Shown here: positions 1-11,300 of the stretch, one piece after another
Layout of the letters: every line of letters starts with the position of its first letter
Numbering within the stretch: the stretch's first letter is position 1
NCBI GenBank assembly: GCA_965203805.1
Contig: OZ241917.1
Coordinates: forward strand, 2,432,001 to 2,496,000
Direction of reading: 5' to 3'
Source of the DNA: Candidatus Latescibacterota bacterium
GTDB taxonomy: Bacteria > Latescibacterota > UBA2968 > GCA-2709665
Length of the DNA stretch: 64,000 bases
The notes under the pieces: generated by a model
What the model was told of the DNA's origin: nothing
What the model saw: the letters and a program-made list of their open reading frames with translations, nothing else
Databases searched by the model: none
Made by a program: the position numbers and the translations under genes

Positions 1-2
1 AA

Positions 3-65
3 AGCGGTTTCAATTTCTATTTCACCCTGCTCTTCGGATACTTGCAAAGCGTTGGGGAAAGATAG
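3..65 (+). CDS. 3' end of a gene entering from the left edge; possible outer-membrane protein C-terminus
   Basis: Open frame from the edge reads SGFNFYFTLLFGYLQSVGER-stop. Alternating aromatic residues resemble a terminal beta-strand. Confidence 0.35.
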   Translation, partial: SGFNFYFTLLFGYLQSVGER

Positions 66-557
66 ACAGCGATCAGCCATCAGTTTTCAGCAGTCAGCTT
101 GAAGCAAAATCAACCCATTGACGTCCGCGCCATGATCAGGAAGAACCGAAATGGGCGCAGACCTCTCCCCCAGACCCCCTCTCCCGGGGGGAGAGGGGGA
201 GAAAACCGGGGGTTGCGCGATCACCCTATGGCGGTTTGCTTCGTTTCAAAATTTCCTTCAGAGGATAACAGTTTCCCCCATCATTCAGGAAGGAAGATTG
301 GGGTTAGGTCTCAAAGAGGTGGTGAGACGTGAGACGGAAGAGGAGAGACGATACCATCACCCGACCGGTGTTGTGGAATATCGTCTGTAAGGGTTCTGCT
401 GTTTGGTCTTCGGTTTTGCTTTTGGCTGCCCGCTGATAGCTGTTTCTCTCTCGGTTTTGGTTGTCGTCTTTGCTCTTGGCTGATGGCTCTTGCCTGTTCG
501 GTTTTGGTTTTCGCCTTTTGCTTCAGGCTGACGGCTGATCGCTGACCGCTAACAGCT
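66..557. repeat. Intergenic repeat zone: inverted 7-bp-period arrays plus degenerate direct repeats
   Basis: CAGCGAT-CAGCCAT-CAGTTTT-CAGCAGT-CAGC (67-98) mirrors GCTGACG-GCTGATC-GCTGACC-GCTAACA-GCT (527-557). There are three TCGGTTTTG...GGCTG units between ~408 and ~530. Confidence 0.7.
160..310. repeat. REP/MITE-like element with a G/C-rich hairpin
   Basis: CCCCCTCTCC (175-184) pairs with GGAGAGGGGG (190-199). The ends GACCTCTCCCCC and GGGGTTAGGTC are imperfect inverted repeats. A related sequence lies at 8240-8267. Confidence 0.55.
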
Positions 558-579
558 TTCTTTTTGTCAGGAGTTTCCT

Positions 580-1311
580 GTGTACCGAGTCATCCCGACA
601 CTGATCCTGCTGGCCGTTCTCCCGGCGCATGCCGCAGGCCGTCTCGATGACGGACCCTCCCGCGCGAATCTGTGGCTTAAGAATGACGAACCGGTTGAGG
701 ACGGCCGCAAATCGCCCAAACTGGCGTTCGCGATGTCGCTTGTGGTTCCGGGTCTTGGGGAACTCTACGCGGGAGAGCCGAAACGGGCGGCTGTTTTTCT
801 CGGGATCGAAGCGTTCACCTGGTTCAACTATCTCCGCTGGCGGAGCAGGGGCAACGACCTTAAGGCCGAATTTCGCGCCTATGCAGACAGCAACTGGGAC
901 GAAAACCGATATCGCGAGTGGCAGGAATACAACCAATCCAGGGGTTCGCCCTATATTGAAACCGAAACCCTGCCCTGCAAACACGCACAGGACGGTTGTC
1001 ACAACGTGGACACCCAGCAATACTATGAGATGATCGGGAAGTACGACCAGTTTGTCTTCGGCTGGAAAGACGTGCGCGGGGTGGGCTTCGAAACCAAAAA
1101 CGGCGAGGTTGTCTCCAGCCAGCGCATCGACTACGAAAACCGGCGAAACGACAGCAACAAGCTGCTCAAACGCGCCTCCGTCATCATCGGCCTGACAGTG
1201 GTCAATCGCATGGCAAGTTCCATCCATGCGGCGTTGCGGACACGGTCCGTACGAATCTTCGTACTGCCCGGACCGGAACGGGCCGAAGCGGCGATCCGCC
1301 TCGCTTTCTGA
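580..1311 (+). CDS. Secreted/membrane hypothetical protein (DUF5683-like)
   Basis: Signal peptide ending AHA; KSPKLAFAMSLVVPGLGELYAG motif; paralogous to the next gene. Confidence 0.7.
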   Translation: MYRVIPTLILLAVLPAHAAGRLDDGPSRANLWLKNDEPVEDGRKSPKLAFAMSLVVPGLGELYAGEPKRAAVFLGIEAFTWFNYLRWRSRGNDLKAEFRAYADSNWDENRYREWQEYNQSRGSPYIETETLPCKHAQDGCHNVDTQQYYEMIGKYDQFVFGWKDVRGVGFETKNGEVVSSQRIDYENRRNDSNKLLKRASVIIGLTVVNRMASSIHAALRTRSVRIFVLPGPERAEAAIRLAF

Positions 1312-1343
1312 TCATCTAACGACGAATTTTCCCAAAAAAACGC

Positions 1344-1991
1344 ATGTTACACCGATTCCCGAAATCCCTCGCCTTTCACGCGGCCCTGACCCTCCTTCTG
1401 GTCGGCGCGCCTTCCGCGGGACATGCCAGGGGTAAGTCGCCGGCCAGAGCCGCCGTGCTTTCGCTCGTTCTGCCGGGTCTGGGTGAGCTGTACGCCGGCG
1501 GTCCCCGTTCCGCGCGTTTCTTTCTGGTCACGGAAGGTATCCTCTGGACCGGCATGGCCACGTTCCGGTTCCTCGAAACGTACCGCATTGACGCGTATCA
1601 CGCCCATGCCGCCGCTCATGCCGGGATCCGTCTGCATAATCTACCCGAGTCCGTCATCAAGGAGGTGGGTGACTTCGAGAGTATCTACGAACGGAACCAG
1701 CGCGAACGCTTCCTCGCGGGCGAACATGCGAATCTGCGGACCGAATCCGCCGGCCACGTCTGGGAGTGGGACTCCGAAGCCTCCCGCGTCAAATTTCAGG
1801 ATCTGCGCAGCAAGGCCACTTCCGCTGAACAGAAGGCTTTCCTGTTTGTTGGCGGCCTTATTTTCAACCGCTTCGCGAGTGTATTGAACGCGGCTTCTAT
1901 CGCACGCAAGACCCGTACGCGGGGCGCCGGCGTACAGGTTCGCGCGGATCTCCGGAGCGGTCTGTACGCGAGTTTCGATTACGCCTTCTGA
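1344..1991 (+). CDS. Secreted/membrane hypothetical protein (DUF5683-like), paralog of the upstream gene
   Basis: Signal peptide; KSPARAAVLSLVLPGLGELYAG motif; C-terminal Phe (FDYAF). Confidence 0.7.
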   Translation: MLHRFPKSLAFHAALTLLLVGAPSAGHARGKSPARAAVLSLVLPGLGELYAGGPRSARFFLVTEGILWTGMATFRFLETYRIDAYHAHAAAHAGIRLHNLPESVIKEVGDFESIYERNQRERFLAGEHANLRTESAGHVWEWDSEASRVKFQDLRSKATSAEQKAFLFVGGLIFNRFASVLNAASIARKTRTRGAGVQVRADLRSGLYASFDYAF

Positions 1992-2014
1992 GCCCCGGAC
2001 GCAGATCAGTACGG

Positions 2015-3643
2015 ATGTATCACAACAGCCGTAAAAGGGGCGGCAACGCGTTGAATTCGACAATTCCCGATCCTGTGCGCCGATCCTGGCGTCCTGCCTC
2101 CGCCGGGATCGCACTTTGCCTGCTGTTGTCGACCTCCGCGATCGCCGGGGCCGAATCCCGTAGCGGCACGCATCTCCTGCCCGTCCATCCCCATCCCCGC
2201 CCCGCGGCAAAAAGAACGGCCGCCGAGACGTTTGACGTCGGCGACCCTCTTACCGTTCGTGTTTACAATTTCGGGGCAATTCCGGGTTCCGATCCCTATT
2301 ATCTCACCACAACCACGTGCCGTGTGCGGGGCGAGCACTGCTACATCTTCGTGGAAGACGTTATCTGGAGCGGACCGCGGGTCACGCCAAATGCCGTCGC
2401 GTCCCTGGCCCGCGCCTTCGACCGGTCCACTCCAAGGCATCGCGAACGCGGCATCTATTCCATCAATACGGAAATCTTCGGTCCCCCGCCCGACGCCGAC
2501 GGCGACCCGCGCGTCCTGATCGTTGTCCTGGACATTATGGACAACGCCCTGAGCGGCACCATCCTGGGGTACTACGATACCGCGAACCAGGCCGCGCCGT
2601 TCGGCCGGGAAATCCTCTATATCGACAGCGATCCCCTGGACCTCGGCGGGAACCTTGCGCGCGCCACCCTTGCCCACGAATTCCAGCACATGCTTCACTG
2701 GAACGCCGACCCGGACGAAAACCGATGGGTCGACGAGGGCTGTTCCGAATACGCCGAACTCGCCTGCGGATACAAGGACACGACAGGCACGGCCGGGCGG
2801 TTATTCCTGGGCGCGCCAAACCTGCTCAAATCACCGGAATCCGCCCATCGCGTACCATCCGATGCCGGTCTGACGGATGCCGCCAGCTGGTCCGCCGGCA
2901 ACCTGTTACCTTTCCTCTTCGACCAGACCTTTCTGCTGACGACCTACTTCGCGGAGAGATACGGCCATTCTGCCGTCGCCCGGCTGGTCGCCCAACCGGA
3001 AAACGGCATTGCCGGGTTCGACCTCACCCTGGCGTCCCTCGGAGAGATCGATCGGTTCGATCACTTCTGGTCTCACTGGGCAGCAGCCGTGTTCGTGAAC
3101 GACGAGAGCGGTCCGGGTTACCGCGGCCTCACGCTCGAGACGGTCAGAAGCGATACCGTCGCGGTTCCCGCCGGCGACCTCGGCGGCGCCCTTCAGCTGT
3201 GGGGCATCGACTATTTCGTGCCCCGAACGTCAGGATTCCCGGGCTTTTCGCTGGACGTCGGCAGCGGCAGCGACCTGCTCCTGACACTGGTCTCCGAAAC
3301 GGACAACAGGCACGACGTTGCCGCCGTCGCCGTGCCGGGCGGCGCGCGGCGGCGCATCGGTCTTTACGGCGGCTCGCCAACCGTATTGGCCGTCACACGC
3401 ACGTCCGCCGGCCCCCACACGTATACCCTCTCACTGGCCTCGCGCGACGGCCACGCCCCCGCGGCGGCTGACTTCGACGCCAGCGGAACGGTCGGCTTTT
3501 CCGATTTTATCGCGTTTGCCGCGGGCTTCGGTAAATCCGCGGGCAGACCGGGCTTCGACCCCTCGTTCGATCTGGACGGGGACCGCGCCGTCTCGTTCGG
3601 AGATTTCATCATTTTCGCGCGGAACTTCGGCAAGTCACCGTAA
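2015..3643 (+). CDS. Secreted zinc metallopeptidase (M30/M6-like) with a C-terminal dockerin-like double EF-hand; true start may be slightly downstream
   Basis: TLAHEFQHMLH zincin motif followed by WVDEGCSEYAE; signal-like hydrophobic stretch; paired DFDxxGTVxFxDF / FDLDGDxxVxFxDF repeats at 3467-3640. Confidence 0.8.
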   Translation: MYHNSRKRGGNALNSTIPDPVRRSWRPASAGIALCLLLSTSAIAGAESRSGTHLLPVHPHPRPAAKRTAAETFDVGDPLTVRVYNFGAIPGSDPYYLTTTTCRVRGEHCYIFVEDVIWSGPRVTPNAVASLARAFDRSTPRHRERGIYSINTEIFGPPPDADGDPRVLIVVLDIMDNALSGTILGYYDTANQAAPFGREILYIDSDPLDLGGNLARATLAHEFQHMLHWNADPDENRWVDEGCSEYAELACGYKDTTGTAGRLFLGAPNLLKSPESAHRVPSDAGLTDAASWSAGNLLPFLFDQTFLLTTYFAERYGHSAVARLVAQPENGIAGFDLTLASLGEIDRFDHFWSHWAAAVFVNDESGPGYRGLTLETVRSDTVAVPAGDLGGALQLWGIDYFVPRTSGFPGFSLDVGSGSDLLLTLVSETDNRHDVAAVAVPGGARRRIGLYGGSPTVLAVTRTSAGPHTYTLSLASRDGHAPAAADFDASGTVGFSDFIAFAAGFGKSAGRPGFDPSFDLDGDRAVSFGDFIIFARNFGKSP

Positions 3644-3700
3644 ATCGTCGGGAGGGTCGTTCACGACCGGCCGAATGCCCCGTCCGGCGGAACCGTCTCG

Positions 3701-4435
3701 CTATTCCGCAAGGGCGGACCGACGCCAATAGCCGTGAAAGTGTCGCTTCAGCCAGGCGAACGGAGCCCGAAGCAGCACGTTGTATCCGCCCCAGGTCCAT
3801 CGTGTCACCCGATTCAGGCCGGTCACGGACGACAGCAAAGCCGCACGGGCCTCATCAAAGGGTTCCGCCTCCCGGCCCAACGTCAGCAATTCCCGCTCGT
3901 AGTTGAAGCGAACCATGCTCTGCGCATGCGCCGCCAGTTTTTCAGGAGCCAGCATGCGGGTATGCGGGCAGACCGCGTGGCGTTCCGTAAACAGAAACGA
4001 CGAGACCCACTGCGCGGACACCTTGCCGCGGGCCCCGCGCGCCGTTTCCTCCACCGCTTCGCGGCTCAACACCCCGTAGGTCCGGCAAACCAGCGGGCGA
4101 ACCGGGTAGATCGAACATCCCCCGTCGGCGGTCAGAAACGGGCAACGCACCGGCCGCTCCTCCGTTAACCCCAGCAAAGCGTCGCGTTGTCCCGCCTCGA
4201 AGTGGTCCTGCACATAGTCGACGATGTTCAAATACTCAACCGTATAGAGCGGATACATGGTCGCGAAATCCGCTTCCATTTCCTCCTTCGTGAGTTCGCA
4301 ACACTGTCCCAGCCGGTCGCAGTGGCACGAAACCGCCGGCACCTGGTCGTACACCGCCTGGAGGCGCCGACGATCGGACTCGCTTAGCCATCGCCGCTCG
4401 CTGGAAGGCGCGATCTGTAACAGAGGTGTTTTCAA
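3701..4435 (-). CDS. YkgJ-family cysteine-cluster (Zn/Fe-chelating) protein
   Basis: CHCDRLGQCC and CPFL...CSIYPVRPLVCRTY motifs. Confidence 0.8.
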   Translation of the reverse strand: MKTPLLQIAPSSERRWLSESDRRRLQAVYDQVPAVSCHCDRLGQCCELTKEEMEADFATMYPLYTVEYLNIVDYVQDHFEAGQRDALLGLTEERPVRCPFLTADGGCSIYPVRPLVCRTYGVLSREAVEETARGARGKVSAQWVSSFLFTERHAVCPHTRMLAPEKLAAHAQSMVRFNYERELLTLGREAEPFDEARAALLSSVTGLNRVTRWTWGGYNVLLRAPFAWLKRHFHGYWRRSALAE

Positions 4436-4446
4436 AACGCAGGCGC

Positions 4447-6803
<2,357 letters not shown>

Positions 6804-6853
6804 ATACAATTCTTTAAGAACCATCGGGCAAGAGTCTCCTGTTACAGGCCTGA

Positions 6854-6882
6854 AGTATAGAAACCCACCGGCGACGTGTCAA
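6854..6882 (-). promoter_or_regulatory. Sigma70 promoter for the TPR-eno-YkgJ operon
   Basis: TTGACA-17 nt-TATACT on the minus strand. Confidence 0.65.
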
Positions 6883-6991
6883 GCGCCATTTCGGCGCAAG
6901 CCGGCGTTTTTTGCTTGACGGGTTCCCCACGACTCCGTATTTAGTCCGGAGCCGCTTGCCGTGGTCCAGCTACCCGAAATCAGGATTCCCT

Positions 6992-8239
6992 GTGCGTTTC
7001 AGACCCGCTCTCATACTTCCCGGCATTCTCATGGCCGCCACCGGCGTCGGCGCGGGAGACCTGCTGACCGCCAGCCTGGCCGGCTCCAAGATCGGCGTTG
7101 GCCTCGCGTGGGCAGCCGTGATCGGCGCGCTGCTCAAATGGACCCTGAACGAGGGCATCGCACGCTGGCAAATGGCCACCGGAACCACCATGCTGGAAGG
7201 CTGGGTCCATCGCCTCGGCGCCTGGGTGCAGTGGGTCTTCATCGTTTACCTTCTGATCTGGAGCTTTTCGGTGGGCGGCGCGCTGGTGACGGCCTGCGGC
7301 GTGGCGGGCACCGGTCTGTTACCCATCGGCGATCCGGCGACGTCGAAGATCGTGTGGGGCATCGTCCACGCGCTGGCCGGCCTGGCCCTGGTCTGGATCG
7401 GCGGGTTCCGCGTGTTCGAAGTCCTCATGTCGGCGTGCATCGGGTTGATGTTCGTTACCGTGCTGCTCACGGCCCTGTTGCTGGGGCCGGACTGGAATGC
7501 CCTCGCAAAGGGCCTGTTCTTTCCGGCCATCCCGGCAGGCGGCGTGGGCTGGACCCTCGGCGTGCTGGGGGGCGTGGGCGGTACGGTCACGCTGCTGTCC
7601 TACGGCTACTGGATCCGGGAAACGGGCAGGCAAGGTCGCGAGGGCGTGGAAGCCTGCCGCGTCGACCTGGCGGTGGGGTACACCGTCACCGCGCTGTTCG
7701 GCGTTGCGATGATCATCATCGGGTCGCGGGTGGCGCTGGACGGGAAGGGGGCGTCGCTGGCGCTCATCCTTTCGAGCCAGCTCGAACTGGCGCTGGGGGC
7801 GCCGGGCAAGTGGGCTTTTCTCCTCGGCTTCTGGGGCGCGGTCTTCTCCAGCCTGCTCGGCGTCTGGCAGAGCGATCCCTATATGTTCGCGAATTTCCTC
7901 GCCCTGCGAAAAGGGGTCTCGCCCGAAGCCTTTCAGAATTCCGACGTCCGGCGGTCCACGCCCTACCGCGCCTACCTGGTCGGTCTCGCGATCGTACCGC
8001 TCGTCCTGCTGTGGGGCTCCGTGGCTGAGGTCCAGCTCACCTACGCCGTCCTGGGTTCGTTCTTCCTGCCGCTTGTGGCGTTGACCCTGTTGCTGATGAA
8101 CAACAGGACCGACTGGGTCGGAGCCGGGTTCAGGAGCAACATCATCATCAACGCCATCCTCGTCGCCACACTTGTATTCTTCGGCTATACCGGAGCGAAG
8201 AAGATCGTCTCCACGCTCGGGCCGATGCTGGGCGGGTGA
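6992..8239 (+). CDS. Nramp/MntH-like divalent metal transporter (YcsG-like)
   Basis: PGILMAATGVGAGDL motif and about 11 hydrophobic segments. GTG 6992 is preferred because TTGACG-17-TATTTA lies at 6915-6943. Confidence 0.85.
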   Translation: MRFRPALILPGILMAATGVGAGDLLTASLAGSKIGVGLAWAAVIGALLKWTLNEGIARWQMATGTTMLEGWVHRLGAWVQWVFIVYLLIWSFSVGGALVTACGVAGTGLLPIGDPATSKIVWGIVHALAGLALVWIGGFRVFEVLMSACIGLMFVTVLLTALLLGPDWNALAKGLFFPAIPAGGVGWTLGVLGGVGGTVTLLSYGYWIRETGRQGREGVEACRVDLAVGYTVTALFGVAMIIIGSRVALDGKGASLALILSSQLELALGAPGKWAFLLGFWGAVFSSLLGVWQSDPYMFANFLALRKGVSPEAFQNSDVRRSTPYRAYLVGLAIVPLVLLWGSVAEVQLTYAVLGSFFLPLVALTLLLMNNRTDWVGAGFRSNIIINAILVATLVFFGYTGAKKIVSTLGPMLGG

Positions 8240-8267
8240 GGCCTAACCCCCTTCCAGGGGGGAAGGG
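8240..8267. terminator. Hairpin between convergent genes, related to the repeat at 160-310
   Basis: CCCTTCC-AGGG-GGAAGGG preceded by GGCCTAACC, immediately after the Nramp stop. Confidence 0.45.
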
Positions 8268-8309
8268 TCCTGCCCTGAAAAGTGGCGGCACTCGTCCTCC
8301 GGTTCTCCT

Positions 8310-11300
8310 TCATCGATAGACGATCAACCGCTCTTTCTCACGCACGCGTTTCCGGCCGTCGTCCGCGGTAACCGTATAGAGGTAGACGCCGTTGGCCAGC
8401 AGGTGCCCGCCGGCATCCCGCCCGTCCCACCGGACCTGGTTGTATCCCGCCCGCCCCGGAACGCCATCGAGGTTCCGGATCAGTCGACCGGAAATCGTAA
8501 AGATGCGGATGCTCACATCCGCCGGACGGGACAGAATGTACGTAAAGTCCGTGGCGCCGGCGGTCGGATTCGGTACGTTCAGCACGCGCTCGATCGCGAG
8601 GTCCGAAGCGACCTGGAACGCCACGGATTTTTCAGCCGGGCCATTGCCCAGCTGATCGGTCCCCGATACCGCAAGCCTGTAACGTCCGTCATCCAGTTGC
8701 GGCGACCAGGTGAATCGCAACGACGTCGGCTCCTCATTCAGGTCCGCCACCCGGTCCGAAGCCAGTCCGTCCGAGATTTCATCGCCGGGTCCCGTGAGGA
8801 GGATCCGTACCGACCCGGCGTCAATCCCGCTTGAATCCCGAAATACCACCGAGAACTCCGGCGTCGCCGGCAGAAAGTCGTCGGGCCGCACCTCACCCGC
8901 GGCGTCCAGAGCGACCAGGTCCAGCTCCGGACCCGCCCGATCGTCGCTCGGATGGACTTCAACGGCCCTCTCGGCGGTGGTCTCTCTTATATAATAGCTC
9001 CGGCCGCCGGAGAGATCCTCCAGCCTCGCCGTAACGACATTCGTGCCTGCAAATCTCGCGGTATTCCAGTCATGGGACACGGAAGCCGTTTCTCCGGCAG
9101 GAGTTCCTTCGGGAACCGACGCCCTTCCAATCAGCCGCCCGTCCTCGGGCGAGCCGCTGTAAAACGCCACCACAGCCCCCGTAACCAGATCCAGAGGGCC
9201 CATATTCCGGGCCCGGACCGTCAGCCGTACGGGATCCAGTTCATCGACCTCAAGGGGTGACGCTTCCAACCCGGACAGAACAAGGTCGGACTGCGGCCGG
9301 TACCGTACCCGCCAACCGATGAGTCCGGCGGACGGTCCCAGTTCCTCTCCGTACAGCCGGATGCGAATGCGGATGCGGTGCTCTCTCAGGTCGCCCAGGT
9401 TTATCTCGCCGTCGGACGCAAGGCCGCTCCATTCGGCAAGCGGGACGAATCCACCGGACGGCGTCGCACCCAGAATATCCACCTCCACCCGCCCGCCGCT
9501 TACCTCGCGGACATCGAGTGTCAGTCCGTGCCATGCGCCGGACGGACCGATCGGCTCCGATACCAGAGTCCCATACGGCGGCAGCGTTTTTCCCGCGTAC
9601 CGGTATACCGTCGGGCCGTTCAGCTGGCCCATCCACACCTTGTTGTTGATCCAGTCGTACTGACCGGTCAGGATGTCCGTCTCCGCCTGGTCGCTCTCGT
9701 ACTCTTCGACAAATTCGCCGCTCCGGGCATCGACCACACGAACCCTGTGGGTCAATCCGGTACCGAATTCGATCAGATACAGGTATCTTCCGTCCGCGAT
9801 CACCCCGTCTGTGACCAGATAGGCGAACCCCGTCTCTGTGGGCGCTACGGTGAATTCGCGCGCCAGCCTCCAGCCGTCCGCCGGATCGTACACGCGTACC
9901 GACCAGCCCGCGCGCTGCACGCCATCCACCGCCGCCGCGAGGTTGTAGACGTAGGTGCCGTCCGACGTGATCAGCGAATGTCCGTCGAATACGAGTCCGG
10001 TTCGAAACTCCATCAACCCGTCCGGCACCCTCACGCGATCCACGACTCCCGTCGCGGGCGCAATCCTCAGGAGTTCGCGTCCGCGACGGTTGTCGGCGTA
10101 GATAAACCCGTCGCCATGGTAGGTTGCCGAAACGCCGAGCACGGGCGTCTCCGAAAGCGCGCCGAGATTTTCTCCGCGACGGGTGCCCCGGAACCCCGTG
10201 CCGATCCGCTCGAAAACATCGGTCCCCGGATAGTCCGTCGTCGGGGAAAAGAACCGGTTCACGTAAAGGTAGGTGCCATCCGTACACAACACACCGGCGC
10301 CCCGGACGCCCTCGGCCGCAAACGCCTCTTCGCGCGTGTCCGCGTTCAGCCGCAATGGGGGCGGGCGGACCACCCGCGAAATGGCGCCATCCGACAGCCG
10401 AACGTCTGTTCCGGCAGCCCACCTGAGGGCACCGGCGGCGTCCTGTTGCCAGAGGATCTCTCGCGCGGGCGCGGCGACCATAGCGTTGAAGTCCATGGTG
10501 GCGGACCAGGCCCCGAATTCCTCACCCTCTCGCACTCGAGTCCGCCAGAAGTAATTGCCCGGAGCCAGTTCCGGCGCCGCCCACAACACGAGCCCCGCAC
10601 GCCCCGTAACGGACCCGGAACGAACCACGCCCGGTCCGTCGAACGCCGGCGAACCGCTCACCTCGAATTCTCCGTGCACTTCCCGCGCAGCGGTTCCCGC
10701 CCGAACGGCCAACCGCACCCCCGAAGCGGGTACCACCTGGCTCTGCCTTGGCATCGTGGGAACGGCCGACAGACTTCCGACCACCTCCAACTCGACTTCC
10801 ACGTGGTTGTTGGCTTCATCCAGCTCCGGAATCTCATCGTCCGGATCCACCGTGAGCGCCAGCGCGTGTCTCCCGGCGCGGCCTGCCAGCCGCCACATCA
10901 CCGCGGTGCTGTCCGTCTGGCCAAAGGCGGGGAAAACGCCCGCAAACAGCGTATCTGCCTCTCCCCGATCCAAATTGCGATCCACCAGCACAACCGCGGG
11001 CCCCGCGCGAGGCGCGATCCCGATATTCTCTATCCGGATCGCGATCCGAACCGAATCATCCACTGTCAACTGTGCGGCCCGCTCGACGTTCAGGCTTCCG
11101 GAATCCAGCAGGAAGTCCGGTTCGGGCAATATGGCAATCTCCTGCGCCGGGTCTCCAATCAACTGTATGCCCAGGGTAAGTGTTCTCAGTTCCGGGAACC
11201 GCGTATCCAGCGCCGCCTTGGCCACCGCCAGACCGGCGCCGAAGCTCCGCACGCCGTCTCTGAAGAATGACGCAAACAGGCGGTCGTTCAGGAAGTCGTT

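Noticed and set aside
99-390. Short ORFs 99-332 and 151-390
   Set aside because: They are translations of the repeat and hairpin element, with no recognisable protein features.
66-557. Possible CRISPR array
   Set aside because: The repeats are short and degenerate, lack regular unique spacers, and no cas genes are present.
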